NCBI GenBank assembly: GCA_964486455.1
Contig: CAZAMP010000006.1
Coordinates: forward strand, 32,949-96,948
Source of the DNA: an uncultured bacterium
GTDB taxonomy: Bacteria; Eisenbacteria; RBG-16-71-46; CAZAMP01
DNA: 64,000 nt
Direction: 5' to 3'
In this document: positions 1 to 9,094 of the stretch, piece after piece
Numbering within the stretch: position 1 is the first letter of the stretch
How the letters are laid out: the number at the start of each line of letters is the position of its first letter
Notes under the pieces: model-generated
What the model was told of the DNA's origin: nothing
The model's input: the letters and a program-made list of their open reading frames with translations, nothing else
Database searches by the model: none
Made by a program: the position numbers and the translations under genes

Positions 1-566
1 ACGCCTACACGCGTGGCCATTCCGAGCGCGTGTACGATCTTTCCCGCCGGATCGGCGAGGCCCACGGGCTACCCGAAGAGGAGATGCAGACATTGAGCTG
101 GGCCGCGCTTCTCCACGACATCGGCAAACTGGCCGTGCCAAAGGAAGTGCTCTGCAAACCAGGCAAGCTCACGAACGAGGAGTTCGCGATCATCAAGACC
201 CATCCCGAGCGTGGCTGCCTCGTGCTCGAGCCCATCTCCCAGCTGAGCGACATCCTGCCCGGGATTCGCCACCACCACGAGCGCTACGACGGTCGCGGCT
301 ACCCGGACGGGCTCAAGGGCGAAGAGATCCCGCTGCTGGCGCGCATCATATCCGTGGCGGACACGTTCGACGCGATGGTGTCGTCGCGTCCGTACCGCGA
401 GGCACGGACCGTCGAGTTCACGCTTGAAACGATCAGGAAAGTCGCCGGATCCCAGTTGGACCCTGAGATCGTCGACGTGTTCTTCAAGCTGATCGATGAC
501 GGCGCTCTGGAGGATATCGCGCGACCCAACACGGAGACCGTTGACGCGAAAAGAAATGCCGCCTGA
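1..566 (+). CDS. HD-GYP domain protein (c-di-GMP phosphodiesterase family), 5' partial. Reading frame is open to the window edge (upstream in-frame ...YTRGHSERV).
   Basis: Conserved HD motif LHDIGK and the HHHERYDGRGYPDGL (GYP) signature. The track ORF at 30 begins with GTG, but the frame continues upstream to position 1. Confidence 0.75.
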   Translation, partial: AYTRGHSERVYDLSRRIGEAHGLPEEEMQTLSWAALLHDIGKLAVPKEVLCKPGKLTNEEFAIIKTHPERGCLVLEPISQLSDILPGIRHHHERYDGRGYPDGLKGEEIPLLARIISVADTFDAMVSSRPYREARTVEFTLETIRKVAGSQLDPEIVDVFFKLIDDGALEDIARPNTETVDAKRNAA

Positions 567-577
567 CCGGAGAGAGA

Positions 578-913
578 ATGCAGGTCAAAGTCACACGCTT
601 GGGCGTCGCAACGTACGTGGCGCCCGATTTTCCGCTCGTAGAGGAGAACATCCGCAGGCTGGACGACAGCGTGCGCGAAGTCCGCGGCCAGGGCGCCAAT
701 GACATCGTGATCCACCTGAAGCAGGTGCAGTTCATCGATAGCTGCGGCCTGGAGTTCTTGGTTGATCTCGCCGCGACGCTGCGTACGGAGGGCGGCTCCA
801 TGCGGCTCGCGGACCCCGACGGCCTCTGTCGGGAAATCCTCTCCATCACCCGTGTCGATCAGTCCATTCCGGTCTTCGATGACATCGAGGGTGCCGGAAG
901 GAGCTTCCTGTGA
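578..913 (+). CDS. STAS-domain protein (anti-sigma factor antagonist / SpoIIAA-like)
   Basis: About 110 aa. Its stop overlaps the pilB start (910/913), consistent with translational coupling. The STAS-like fold assignment is by composition and size and is moderately certain. Confidence 0.5.
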   Translation: MQVKVTRLGVATYVAPDFPLVEENIRRLDDSVREVRGQGANDIVIHLKQVQFIDSCGLEFLVDLAATLRTEGGSMRLADPDGLCREILSITRVDQSIPVFDDIEGAGRSFL

Positions 914-2619
914 GCGGCCAGAGCGGCCTGAAAAAGGCCCCGATGGGCGAGTACCTCATCGAGCGCGGCCTCATCACCCCGGAGCAGCTTCAGGAGGCGC
1001 TTCGCCGTCACGAAGAGGGCGGCAAACGTATCGGAGAAGTCCTCGTGGAGATGGGGACGGTCTCCGAAGCAGACATCACCCGTGCTCTCGCGGAACGCTC
1101 GGGGATCCCGTTCGTCCGCCTCCGCAAAGGATTGGTGGACCCACGGGTCGTCAAGGTGCTTCCCAAGGACCGCGCGGAGCTCTACGAGGCGATCCCGCTC
1201 TTCCGTGTTCACAACAAGCTGACCCTCGCCCTCAGCGATCCCAACCGGGTCTTCGTCCTGGATAGCGTTCGCAAGCTCACGGGCTGTGAAGTCCAGCCCG
1301 TCGCGTGCCTCAAAGAAGACATCGTGCAGATGATCGGCCAGAGCTATGAGGCCGACGAGGTCTCGATCGACGACTTCGTCTCCAACCTCGACGAGGCCGA
1401 CGTCGAGCTGGTGAGCGACACGCATGACAGCCTCTCCGACGACATCGCCGAGCTCGCGGGTGAAAGCCCGACGATCAACCTGGTGAACCTGATCGTCCTC
1501 AAAGCTATCAACGCGCGGGCGAGCGACATCCACATCGAGCCGGAGCGCGGCTTCTTCCGCGTCCGCTACCGGATCGACGGCGTTCTCTACGAGGTCATGA
1601 AGCCGAAGATCGAGCTGCACGCGCCCGTCATCTCTCGATTGAAGATCATGGCCAACCTCGACATTGCCGAACGACGCCTTCCCCAGGACGGCCGTATTCA
1701 GGTCCGGGCTCAGAGTCGAACGGTGGACCTCCGCTTCTCTTCCCTTCCCGGTGTCCTGGGAGAGAAGGTCGTGCTGCGGGTGCTCGACAAGGAATCGAAT
1801 CAGCTAACCCTCGACCAGCTCGGTCTCGCGACCGAGACGCTCGGGGAGTTCCGAAAGCTGCTTCACAAACCGCACGGACTCGTACTGCTGACCGGCCCGA
1901 CGGGAAGCGGAAAGACGACCACTCTCTACGCAGGTCTTCGCGAGCTGAACTCGCTGGAGACGAACATCATCACCATCGAGGATCCCGTCGAATATCAATT
2001 CGAGGTTATCAACCAGAACCAGGTCCGAGACGAGATCGGCCTTACATTCGCCCGGCTGCTCAGGCACACGCTCCGCCAGGACCCCGATATCATCATGGTC
2101 GGAGAGATCCGGGACCCGGAGACGGCCGGCATCGCGGTCCAGGCCGCGCTCACGGGGCATCTCGTTCTCTCCACGCTGCACACCAACGACGCGGCGAGCG
2201 TTCTCTCGCGGCTTCTCGACATGAAGATCCAACCCTACCTGCTGGCCTCCTCCCTTGTCGGTGTCGTCGCCCAGCGACTGGTCCGCACGCTGTGTCCGGA
2301 CTGCGCGACCCAATACCGACCTTCGAGAGCCGAGATCGAGACTCTCGGGATCGAGGCCGAGAAGGGACTTCGCCTCAAACGCGGACGCGGATGCGAGTCA
2401 TGCTTCGACTCCGGCTACCGCGGACGCGTTGGGATCTACGAACCGCTAGTCATCGACCAAGAGCTTCAGGGGCTCATTCTTCAGAATCCAACGATCGACG
2501 AGATTCGGAATTACCAAAAGAAGGTCGGCCAACCCACGCTGCGTGCCGACGGCGTGCGGAAGGTCATCGAAGGGGCGACGACGCTCGACGAGGTCTCGCG
2601 CGTCGTCTTCATGGAGTGA
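910..2619 (+). CDS. pilB: Type IV pilus assembly / type II secretion ATPase (PilB/GspE family)
   Basis: Walker A motif GPTGSGKTTTLYA. GspE N-terminal domain present. C-terminal tetracysteine motif (CPDC...CESC). 569 aa. Confidence 0.9.
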   Translation: MSGQSGLKKAPMGEYLIERGLITPEQLQEALRRHEEGGKRIGEVLVEMGTVSEADITRALAERSGIPFVRLRKGLVDPRVVKVLPKDRAELYEAIPLFRVHNKLTLALSDPNRVFVLDSVRKLTGCEVQPVACLKEDIVQMIGQSYEADEVSIDDFVSNLDEADVELVSDTHDSLSDDIAELAGESPTINLVNLIVLKAINARASDIHIEPERGFFRVRYRIDGVLYEVMKPKIELHAPVISRLKIMANLDIAERRLPQDGRIQVRAQSRTVDLRFSSLPGVLGEKVVLRVLDKESNQLTLDQLGLATETLGEFRKLLHKPHGLVLLTGPTGSGKTTTLYAGLRELNSLETNIITIEDPVEYQFEVINQNQVRDEIGLTFARLLRHTLRQDPDIIMVGEIRDPETAGIAVQAALTGHLVLSTLHTNDAASVLSRLLDMKIQPYLLASSLVGVVAQRLVRTLCPDCATQYRPSRAEIETLGIEAEKGLRLKRGRGCESCFDSGYRGRVGIYEPLVIDQELQGLILQNPTIDEIRNYQKKVGQPTLRADGVRKVIEGATTLDEVSRVVFME

Positions 2620-2626
2620 CGGAATC

Positions 2627-3796
2627 ATGGCGATTGATCTTGCGAAAGTGAGCGACGAACGCCGGGCGGACGCGCGGCCAGCCCCCTCCCTACGGGAAGT
2701 GAAGACTAAGCCGAAGCGCTCGTTCGCAAGCGCCGAGATCCCGTTCTTTGGGTCGTCGAACCGAGTCACGCGGGATGATCTTTCACTCTTCACGAACCAG
2801 CTCACCCTCCTTCTGGAGAGCGGGAACACGCTGGTTCCATCCATGGCGGCCCTGGCCAAGCAGACCAAATCACGCGGACTACAGAGGGTTCTGGAGGACA
2901 TTCACTTGCGACTCGAAGAGGGGTCGGTTCTCTCAGACTGTCTAACGCGCCATCCAAAGGTGTTTGACGAGCTTTTCGTCGGCCTGATCCGGGCGGGCGA
3001 GGCAAGCGGGGCGCTGGCGGAAAGCCTCACCTGCCTCACGGGAATCCTCGAAACCCGCGGCCGCATGGCCCGCCACATCCGCGAAGCGATGACGTATCCC
3101 GTGGTGATCTCTCTCGTGATGGCCGGGGTGCTCGTCTTCCTCTTCACCTACATGTTGCCCAAGTTCTCCGTGCTGTTCGCCAATCTCGGCGACGAGCTTC
3201 CCGTTACGACTCGGGTGCTCCTCGGTAGTGCTGATTTCCTAGCCTCAAGTTGGAAATGGCTTCTCCCGATACCTTTCGTAGCGGCTTTTCTTGTCCGCAA
3301 GCTCTGGAATCTCGAGCCGTTTCAGCGCGTACGGGATCGTCTGAAGCTCGGGATCCCGATCTTGAGTTCGTTCTTCCGCGACGGCTATCTCTTCCAGCTC
3401 TTCCTGAGCATGGGTCTGCTCTTGCGGAGCCGCGTTCCGCTCCTGGAGGCGATTCAGATCACCCGGGACACGGTGCGAAACTACTGGTACCGGGTCTTCT
3501 TCGATCGCCTGGTGGAGAACGTCGAGGCCGGGCGCGGCATGACGCACGCCTTCAGCGAAGCGTCGTTCCTGCCCGAAACGGTGAAGCTCATGATCTCAAC
3601 GGGCGAGGCGGCAGGGACGCTCGATGCCGTCATGGTCAAGCTGAGCGAGAAGTACCGGGACGACCTCGAGAGCAACATCCGGCGGCTGAGTTCAGCTCTC
3701 GAGCCGGTGATGCTGATCGTAATGGGACTTCTGGTTGGGATGATTGCCATGTCGATCATCTTGCCTTTGTTCAAATTATCCCGCGCCATGCATTGA
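2627..3796 (+). CDS. pilC: Type IV pilus / T2SS inner-membrane platform protein (PilC/GspF family)
   Basis: About 389 aa with paired T2SS-F-like repeats and TM segments. Start set at MAIDLAKV (ATG 2627), just after the pilB stop. The track ORF 2543 overlaps pilB. Confidence 0.85.
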   Translation: MAIDLAKVSDERRADARPAPSLREVKTKPKRSFASAEIPFFGSSNRVTRDDLSLFTNQLTLLLESGNTLVPSMAALAKQTKSRGLQRVLEDIHLRLEEGSVLSDCLTRHPKVFDELFVGLIRAGEASGALAESLTCLTGILETRGRMARHIREAMTYPVVISLVMAGVLVFLFTYMLPKFSVLFANLGDELPVTTRVLLGSADFLASSWKWLLPIPFVAAFLVRKLWNLEPFQRVRDRLKLGIPILSSFFRDGYLFQLFLSMGLLLRSRVPLLEAIQITRDTVRNYWYRVFFDRLVENVEAGRGMTHAFSEASFLPETVKLMISTGEAAGTLDAVMVKLSEKYRDDLESNIRRLSSALEPVMLIVMGLLVGMIAMSIILPLFKLSRAMH

Positions 3797-3893
3797 GGAA
3801 TGGTCGGGGTGCACCGATAGCTTGGGAGGATACTGGAACCGGACGTAGGTCCGGGTCCATGGGCGAACGTCAGACCACAAGGAGCAGCATGCG

Positions 3894-4412
3894 ATGAAGT
3901 CACTTCTCGCCAACCGATCCGGTTTCACGCTCATCGAGATCTTGATCGTCGTGATCATTCTCGGCGTGCTGGCGGCCGTGGCGATCCCGCAGTTCGCGGG
4001 CAGTACCGACGACGCCAAGTTGGCATCGCTGGACACTGACCTGACCCAGCTGCGGAACGCCATCGAGCTGTACTACCACCAGCACAACAACCAATACCCA
4101 GGTGCGAAGCACTACACGACGGGGAACAACACGACGACCACCGCCGAAGCTGAGACGTCTTTCGTCAAGCAGATGACACTCTACACGGCGATCGGCGGGG
4201 TCACGGCGACCACCAAGGACGCGACCTACAAGTACGGTCCGTACCTGAAGACCGGCGTCCCGGCGAACCCGTACAACAGCCTGAGCACGTTGAAGTGCGA
4301 CATCACGACGACGGACATCTCGAGCATCACGTCCGACGCAAGCACCGGCTGGAAGTTCTACACGAAGACCGGCCGACTGATGTCGAACGACGGGGCTCAC
4401 GACTCGAACTGA
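3894..4412 (+). CDS. pilA: Type IV (pseudo)pilin, probable major pilin
   Basis: Class III signal MKSLLANRSG|FTLIEILIVVIILGVLAAVAIPQF with Phe+1 and Glu+5. 172 aa. Thr/Ser-rich C-terminal half. Confidence 0.85.
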   Translation: MKSLLANRSGFTLIEILIVVIILGVLAAVAIPQFAGSTDDAKLASLDTDLTQLRNAIELYYHQHNNQYPGAKHYTTGNNTTTTAEAETSFVKQMTLYTAIGGVTATTKDATYKYGPYLKTGVPANPYNSLSTLKCDITTTDISSITSDASTGWKFYTKTGRLMSNDGAHDSN

Positions 4413-4469
4413 GGTGAAGCTGAGATCGATGAACGGCAAGACCTTGATTTCGGTCAGCTCGACTAGAAC

Positions 4470-5054
4470 GTGGTACCAATGGGCACGTCAACGCTCTTGA
4501 GAACGGCCGGAAGTTCGCCCACGGACGGCGTGACCCTGATCGAAATCATGGTCGTCATGGTGATCGGCGCCATCTTGGTTGGAGGAGCGGTCGCGCTGCT
4601 CTCGACCGGCTACGCCGACCGGGCGGCGGAAGAAGCCGCCAGCCGCATCGCCACCGACATCGCCTTCGCGCAGGCGGAGGCGATTTCGCATCGTTCCGAG
4701 CGGCTCATCGTCTTCGACACCGTAAACAACGCCTACGCGATCTTCGCCGCCGGCGACACGTTGTTACATCCTGTGACGAGGGCCCCCCTCGTCGTCGACC
4801 TGAGCGCCTTGTACCAAGGTTCAGGGCTTACGCTCGAAAGCGCCAGCTACGGGGGCAGTGACACGCTACGTTTTGACCGGGATGGAATTCCCGCATCGGG
4901 AGGACAACTTGCTCTGCAGGGAGCGGAAAGCCGCTGGTTGGTCACCGTCGCTGACGCCACGGGACGGATCGCGACCTCGGAGACGCCCTCCGACATCGTC
5001 GAGGGCAAAGGGAAAGGTTCACCGCCGGAAAAGGACCCTCCGAAGGGTGGATAG
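4470..5054 (+). CDS. Minor pilin / pseudopilin (GspH/FimT-like)
   Basis: N-methylation motif ...PTDG|VTLIEIMVVMVIG with Glu+5. Confidence 0.7.
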   Translation: MVPMGTSTLLRTAGSSPTDGVTLIEIMVVMVIGAILVGGAVALLSTGYADRAAEEAASRIATDIAFAQAEAISHRSERLIVFDTVNNAYAIFAAGDTLLHPVTRAPLVVDLSALYQGSGLTLESASYGGSDTLRFDRDGIPASGGQLALQGAESRWLVTVADATGRIATSETPSDIVEGKGKGSPPEKDPPKGG

Positions 5055-5079
5055 CCGCCTCCAGCCGAATTCTGGCCAG

Positions 5080-6243
5080 GTGGCGAGCGAGCGGGCGACC
5101 GGAACGGCGGTTTGCGTCCGCCGACGGGCGTCCTATTCCCTTTCCGCGCGGTCAACTTCGGGCTTCACACTCGTCGAGACGCTCATTGCCGCCACGCTCG
5201 GGGCGGTCCTCATCGTCGCGCTCATCAATCTCTTCGGGAACATGATGACCCTCTCCGCCACCATGCGGCAGCGGGCGGAGCTTCGGCGTGACGCCGAGCT
5301 CGCATCGATTCTCCTTCACCGCGATCTGAGCCAGGCGGACGCCGTGCTCGGTTTCACGAAACTCTCACTCTCACTTCTCGCAGCAAACGGGGATACGATC
5401 CGCTACGCGTGGAACGGTACGAAGGGCGACAGTCTGACCCGCCAGGTGGACTCCGGCGCCGCCGCCGTCGTCGCGGCCAACGTCGACACGGTCGGCTTTC
5501 TGCCGCTCTCGCTATCGCGGCCGTTTCTGACCGAGCGGGTCATCGCCACCGTCATCGAAGACACCGTCGCCAAGTTCGACGAGAACGACTACGACCCATG
5601 GCTGGGCCCGTGCGACTGCAGCAAGATAAAGAGCGAAAAACGACGGGTCGAAGATGACAACTGGTGCGGTACCCAGTTCTGGGACACCGAGGCGTTCGGA
5701 AGGCTCACGCGCGTCTCGCTCCGGCTCAAGGCGGACGACCACTTCCCTCCCGAGGTCGATATGATCATCGACGTGCACGAGGACAACTCCGGCCGGCCGG
5801 GTACCGTCATTTCGACGGGACGGCTGAGCCGACTAGTCTTCATGCAGGAGAACATCTGGGAGTGGCACGACGTCACGCTCGAAGCCGTTGGGTCCGATTC
5901 CATCGTGGCGGGCGACACCTACTGGATTCTTCTCAAACCCCCGGCGGAAGGGGGTCACACGTATGCGGGCCATGCGAATTACAAGAAGATCGAGGGTTGC
6001 GATGACTGCTGGCCTACGAACTCCGTGACGTACCGATTCACGAACGACGGTGGTAGCTCCTGGAACACTCCTTACTACGACATGGACATCTGCTTCTTCC
6101 TCTATGGATCAAAGTCTTCGACCGCCCTCAACGAAATCACGCAGACCCTCGTCGACACGACGGGCGTCGAGTTCTACCTGGCACTGGAGAAGGACAACGA
6201 GCGTGAAGTGCGCGCGGGACACATATCTCTCGAAGACCTCTAG
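5080..6243 (+). CDS. Large minor pilin (PilW-like N-terminus plus about 340-aa C-terminal domain of unknown function)
   Basis: Motif ...STSG|FTLVETLIAATLGAVLIVAL. Start placed at in-frame GTG 5080 because the track ORF from 4858 overlaps the previous gene. Start is uncertain. Confidence 0.6.
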   Translation: MASERATGTAVCVRRRASYSLSARSTSGFTLVETLIAATLGAVLIVALINLFGNMMTLSATMRQRAELRRDAELASILLHRDLSQADAVLGFTKLSLSLLAANGDTIRYAWNGTKGDSLTRQVDSGAAAVVAANVDTVGFLPLSLSRPFLTERVIATVIEDTVAKFDENDYDPWLGPCDCSKIKSEKRRVEDDNWCGTQFWDTEAFGRLTRVSLRLKADDHFPPEVDMIIDVHEDNSGRPGTVISTGRLSRLVFMQENIWEWHDVTLEAVGSDSIVAGDTYWILLKPPAEGGHTYAGHANYKKIEGCDDCWPTNSVTYRFTNDGGSSWNTPYYDMDICFFLYGSKSSTALNEITQTLVDTTGVEFYLALEKDNEREVRAGHISLEDL

Positions 6244-6265
6244 GAGTGACGAGCGGGGGAGCATC

Positions 6266-7465
6266 TTGCTGCTCGCGCTCATGATCACGGTCTTCGTCAC
6301 CATGCTGGCCATGGTCGCCGCCAACGACGCCAGCAGGCGGCTGACAGCGCGTCACACGTCGACCAACGCGTCAACGGCACTGGTGTACGCCCAGGCCGGC
6401 CTCGAGAACGCGGCGCGACTCGCGTCGGAAACCACGAGCTGGCGAACCGCTCTCGACAACCAGACCTGGATAGCGAGCAAGAGACTCGGTGAAGGGAGGA
6501 TCGGTGTGCGGGCCGCGGATCCGTCGGATGGCGATCTCGGAATCGACGGATCCGGTGGGTCTTCCGATGCGGATACCGTTCGGCTCACCTCTACGGGTAA
6601 CTCCAAAGACTTCACGCGCACACTGGAAGCTGATTACGTGCCGACGGTCTCCGAAGCCATGAAATACCTCGTTTTCACGCCGGACAAGATCGAGCTCGAC
6701 CGTGTCGAACTAGAGGGACGCGTCCGTGGCGGGGACGACGTCGTTGATCTCGGCGGCACATCGCTCGTCGGAGATATCACCACCCTGACAGGCAAGACCG
6801 TATCGGTATCGCTCGATGATGCGGATACGGACGTCTTCTACGCCGACACCGTCATGACGTTGCCGGTGATCGACTTTCAGTGGTTCGTCGACGCGGGTGA
6901 GAAGATCACCTTGCCTCACCACCGTTGGATATCCAACACGCGGATCAGTCCCACATTCAATCCGTACGGCACCGCTTCCCCAAACGGAATCTACTGGATC
7001 GATGCGGGTGGCAACGACGTCGGGCTGAGGAACGTCGCAGTCAATGCCTGCATCGCCGTCGTCAACGTGGGTCAGGTCAGGATCTATGATCCGTTCGGCG
7101 GTGACGCCACCCTTTACTATCACCGCTCCCCGGACCCGGATCGGCTGCCGGCCATGGTCGTCGACGGGGGGATCGACTGGCAGATCGAAGGCGGCGGCGC
7201 ATGGATGATCGACCTGGGCGAGGGAACGGAGACGATAACTTGTGGGCTCCACGGCCTCTTCTATTGCACGGGGAGCTTCTTGGGCCCTCAGAGAGACGCG
7301 ACGACGCCGATCAACGTGGAGGGCGCGCTCCTTGCCGGCGGGACCATGCGCATCGAGGGTCCGGGCACGTTCTTCCGTCATCTCACGGACCTCAACACCA
7401 GCCCGCTGATCGCACTCACGGGCAACGGCCTCCGGATCGTTCCCGGAACAACGAGGGAGCCGTGA
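6266..7465 (+). CDS. PilX/GspK-like minor pilin (hydrophobic N-terminal helix lacking Glu5) with large C-terminal domain
   Basis: N-terminus ILLLALMITVFVTMLAMVAAN. Start taken as TTG 6266 or ATG 6281, after the stop at 6243. The track ORF 6050 overlaps the upstream gene. Confidence 0.55.
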   Translation: MLLALMITVFVTMLAMVAANDASRRLTARHTSTNASTALVYAQAGLENAARLASETTSWRTALDNQTWIASKRLGEGRIGVRAADPSDGDLGIDGSGGSSDADTVRLTSTGNSKDFTRTLEADYVPTVSEAMKYLVFTPDKIELDRVELEGRVRGGDDVVDLGGTSLVGDITTLTGKTVSVSLDDADTDVFYADTVMTLPVIDFQWFVDAGEKITLPHHRWISNTRISPTFNPYGTASPNGIYWIDAGGNDVGLRNVAVNACIAVVNVGQVRIYDPFGGDATLYYHRSPDPDRLPAMVVDGGIDWQIEGGGAWMIDLGEGTETITCGLHGLFYCTGSFLGPQRDATTPINVEGALLAGGTMRIEGPGTFFRHLTDLNTSPLIALTGNGLRIVPGTTREP

Positions 7466-8037
7466 TGCGCGCGCACCGAGACCACGGACGGCGCGTCCCC
7501 CGCAAGGGTCGGTTGCTCACGCTGCATGACAACCAGGGGCTCACGCTTCTGGAGACGATTGTGGTTGCCGTGATCACGGCTCTTCTGGCGGGAGCGGTCG
7601 CCTCCACGGCGCATCTCATCTTCTCGACGGACCAGGATGCGGAATCCACCATGCGGGCCACGGACCTCGGTCTGGGTCTTCTCCGAGAGATCGCCGCACT
7701 GCCGTTCGACGACCCACAAGACGGCGAAAGCAGTCTGGGGCCGGAGACGGGTGAGTGGACGGGAACCAGTCGATTGCGCTTCGACGACGTTGACGACTAC
7801 ACGGTTTGGACCGGAGCGCTGACGCTTCAGACCAAGGGCGGAACGGCACTCGCCATCGGAGGCTACTCGCGTCAGGTTCAAGTCGCGTACGTCACTCCGG
7901 GCGACTTCGACGTCGTTTCGGTCACAGCCACTGACTACAAGCGAATCACCGTTGAGGTTTACGAAGGTTCGGCGCTTATCGAGACCTTCGTCACCGTTCG
8001 CGTTCAGGGAGGTCGCAATGTCGATCTTGGGGAATAG
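7465..8037 (+). CDS. Minor pilin / pseudopilin (PilV/GspI/J-like)
   Basis: MRAHRDHGRRVPRKGRLLTLHDNQG|LTLLETIVVAVITALLAG with Glu+5. ATG 7465 overlaps the upstream stop (TGATG). Confidence 0.7.
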   Translation: MRAHRDHGRRVPRKGRLLTLHDNQGLTLLETIVVAVITALLAGAVASTAHLIFSTDQDAESTMRATDLGLGLLREIAALPFDDPQDGESSLGPETGEWTGTSRLRFDDVDDYTVWTGALTLQTKGGTALAIGGYSRQVQVAYVTPGDFDVVSVTATDYKRITVEVYEGSALIETFVTVRVQGGRNVDLGE

Positions 8038-9094
8038 AGGAGCATCCGGCAAGCGAGGCACCCGAGGACGGTCCGTCCGACAGCGCGTTCTCGGCATTGA
8101 AGCCGGGGACTCCTGGATTCAGATCTCTGAGGCACGCCGGAAAGGCAAAGCGTTCGACTGGCGTCACGCGTCGCTGCCCCTCCCCCCGCAACAACAGGAT
8201 GAGGAGACACCCTCCGGCCGGGGTCTTATGACCGCGTTTGCCAAAAGTGAGATAAAGCCGGGCCGGGCCGTGTGCGCGATCTGCTCGCCGTCCGTCGACG
8301 TCTTTCCTCTCACGTTAACGGAAGCCGAAGCGACTACGCTCGAGGCGGCCGTCATCACGAACGCCAAGTCGCGGCTGGTCTTTCCCATCGCCGATGCGGT
8401 GTTGGACTACATCGTCTTGCCGGAATCCGTTCGCCGGGTCGGGACCAAGGCGACCGGCGTGCTCGTCTATGCCATTCCGCGCTCGTATGTCGACACACTG
8501 CTGACGCGCCTGGAGGCGGCAAAACTCCAGGTCGGCCGCATCATGACACCCGCCTGCGCCATCGCTTCACAGCTGGTCGGCACCGGAGAGGCCACGCGCC
8601 GCGTCCTGGTATCGACGGGCGAAGACGCTACCTCGATCGCGGTGATCGAGGATGGTCACGTTCTCCTGGAACGAATGCTCCAATGGGGCACGAAGCATCT
8701 GGCCGAACGTCTGCAATCGGAGCTCGATCTCGATCCGGAACGCGCGCTCGCACTTCTCGCGGCCAGCGACCAGACCGCGCCCGGAGAAAAGCACATCGAG
8801 AGCGCCGTCAAGGACATCCTAGCCCCCTCGTTCCTCGAGCTGGCCCGAGAGGTCTCGGGCTGTCTCGGGTACTGCACCTCGTTCCTGAAACACCGGCCTA
8901 TCGAAGCCCTACTCCTCGTCGGGGCACTTTCGGGGTACACGAAGCTCATGCGCTTTCTTCAGGACGAGTTGGAGATTCCGGTCTCCTCCCCAATCGGATC
9001 TGCGCCCGCAGAGGGTCACCTGGACGCTCCCCTCGACTGCACGCACGCGGTTTCCGAGAGCTGTGCGCTCTGGAAAGCGGAGGAGGCGGCATGA
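8018..9094 (+). CDS. pilM: Type IV pilus assembly protein PilM (actin-like ATPase fold)
   Basis: N-terminal VLGIEAGDSWIQIS motif typical of PilM. About 358 aa. Confidence 0.8.
   Translation: MSILGNRGASGKRGTRGRSVRQRVLGIEAGDSWIQISEARRKGKAFDWRHASLPLPPQQQDEETPSGRGLMTAFAKSEIKPGRAVCAICSPSVDVFPLTLTEAEATTLEAAVITNAKSRLVFPIADAVLDYIVLPESVRRVGTKATGVLVYAIPRSYVDTLLTRLEAAKLQVGRIMTPACAIASQLVGTGEATRRVLVSTGEDATSIAVIEDGHVLLERMLQWGTKHLAERLQSELDLDPERALALLAASDQTAPGEKHIESAVKDILAPSFLELAREVSGCLGYCTSFLKHRPIEALLLVGALSGYTKLMRFLQDELEIPVSSPIGSAPAEGHLDAPLDCTHAVSESCALWKAEEAA

Noticed and set aside
859-1620. Long antisense ORFs opposite pilB (859..1620), the minor pilins (6710..7381, 7378..8097), pilN (9016..9594), uvrD (23511..24233, 24450..25694), tamB (25878..26981), SHMT (14955..15728) and others
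   Set aside because: High GC suppresses stop codons on the antisense strand. None has a recognisable domain, and each is fully covered by a well-supported gene on the other strand.
3900-4439. 179-aa minus-strand ORF exactly antisense to the pilin gene
   Set aside because: Arg-rich artefact. The plus-strand frame has a textbook class III signal peptide.
4858-5079. 5' extension of the large minor-pilin ORF (track start 4858) and of the PilX-like ORF (track start 6050)
   Set aside because: The extensions overlap the preceding genes and place the N-methylation motif far from the N-terminus. Internal GTG/TTG starts just after the upstream stop were preferred.
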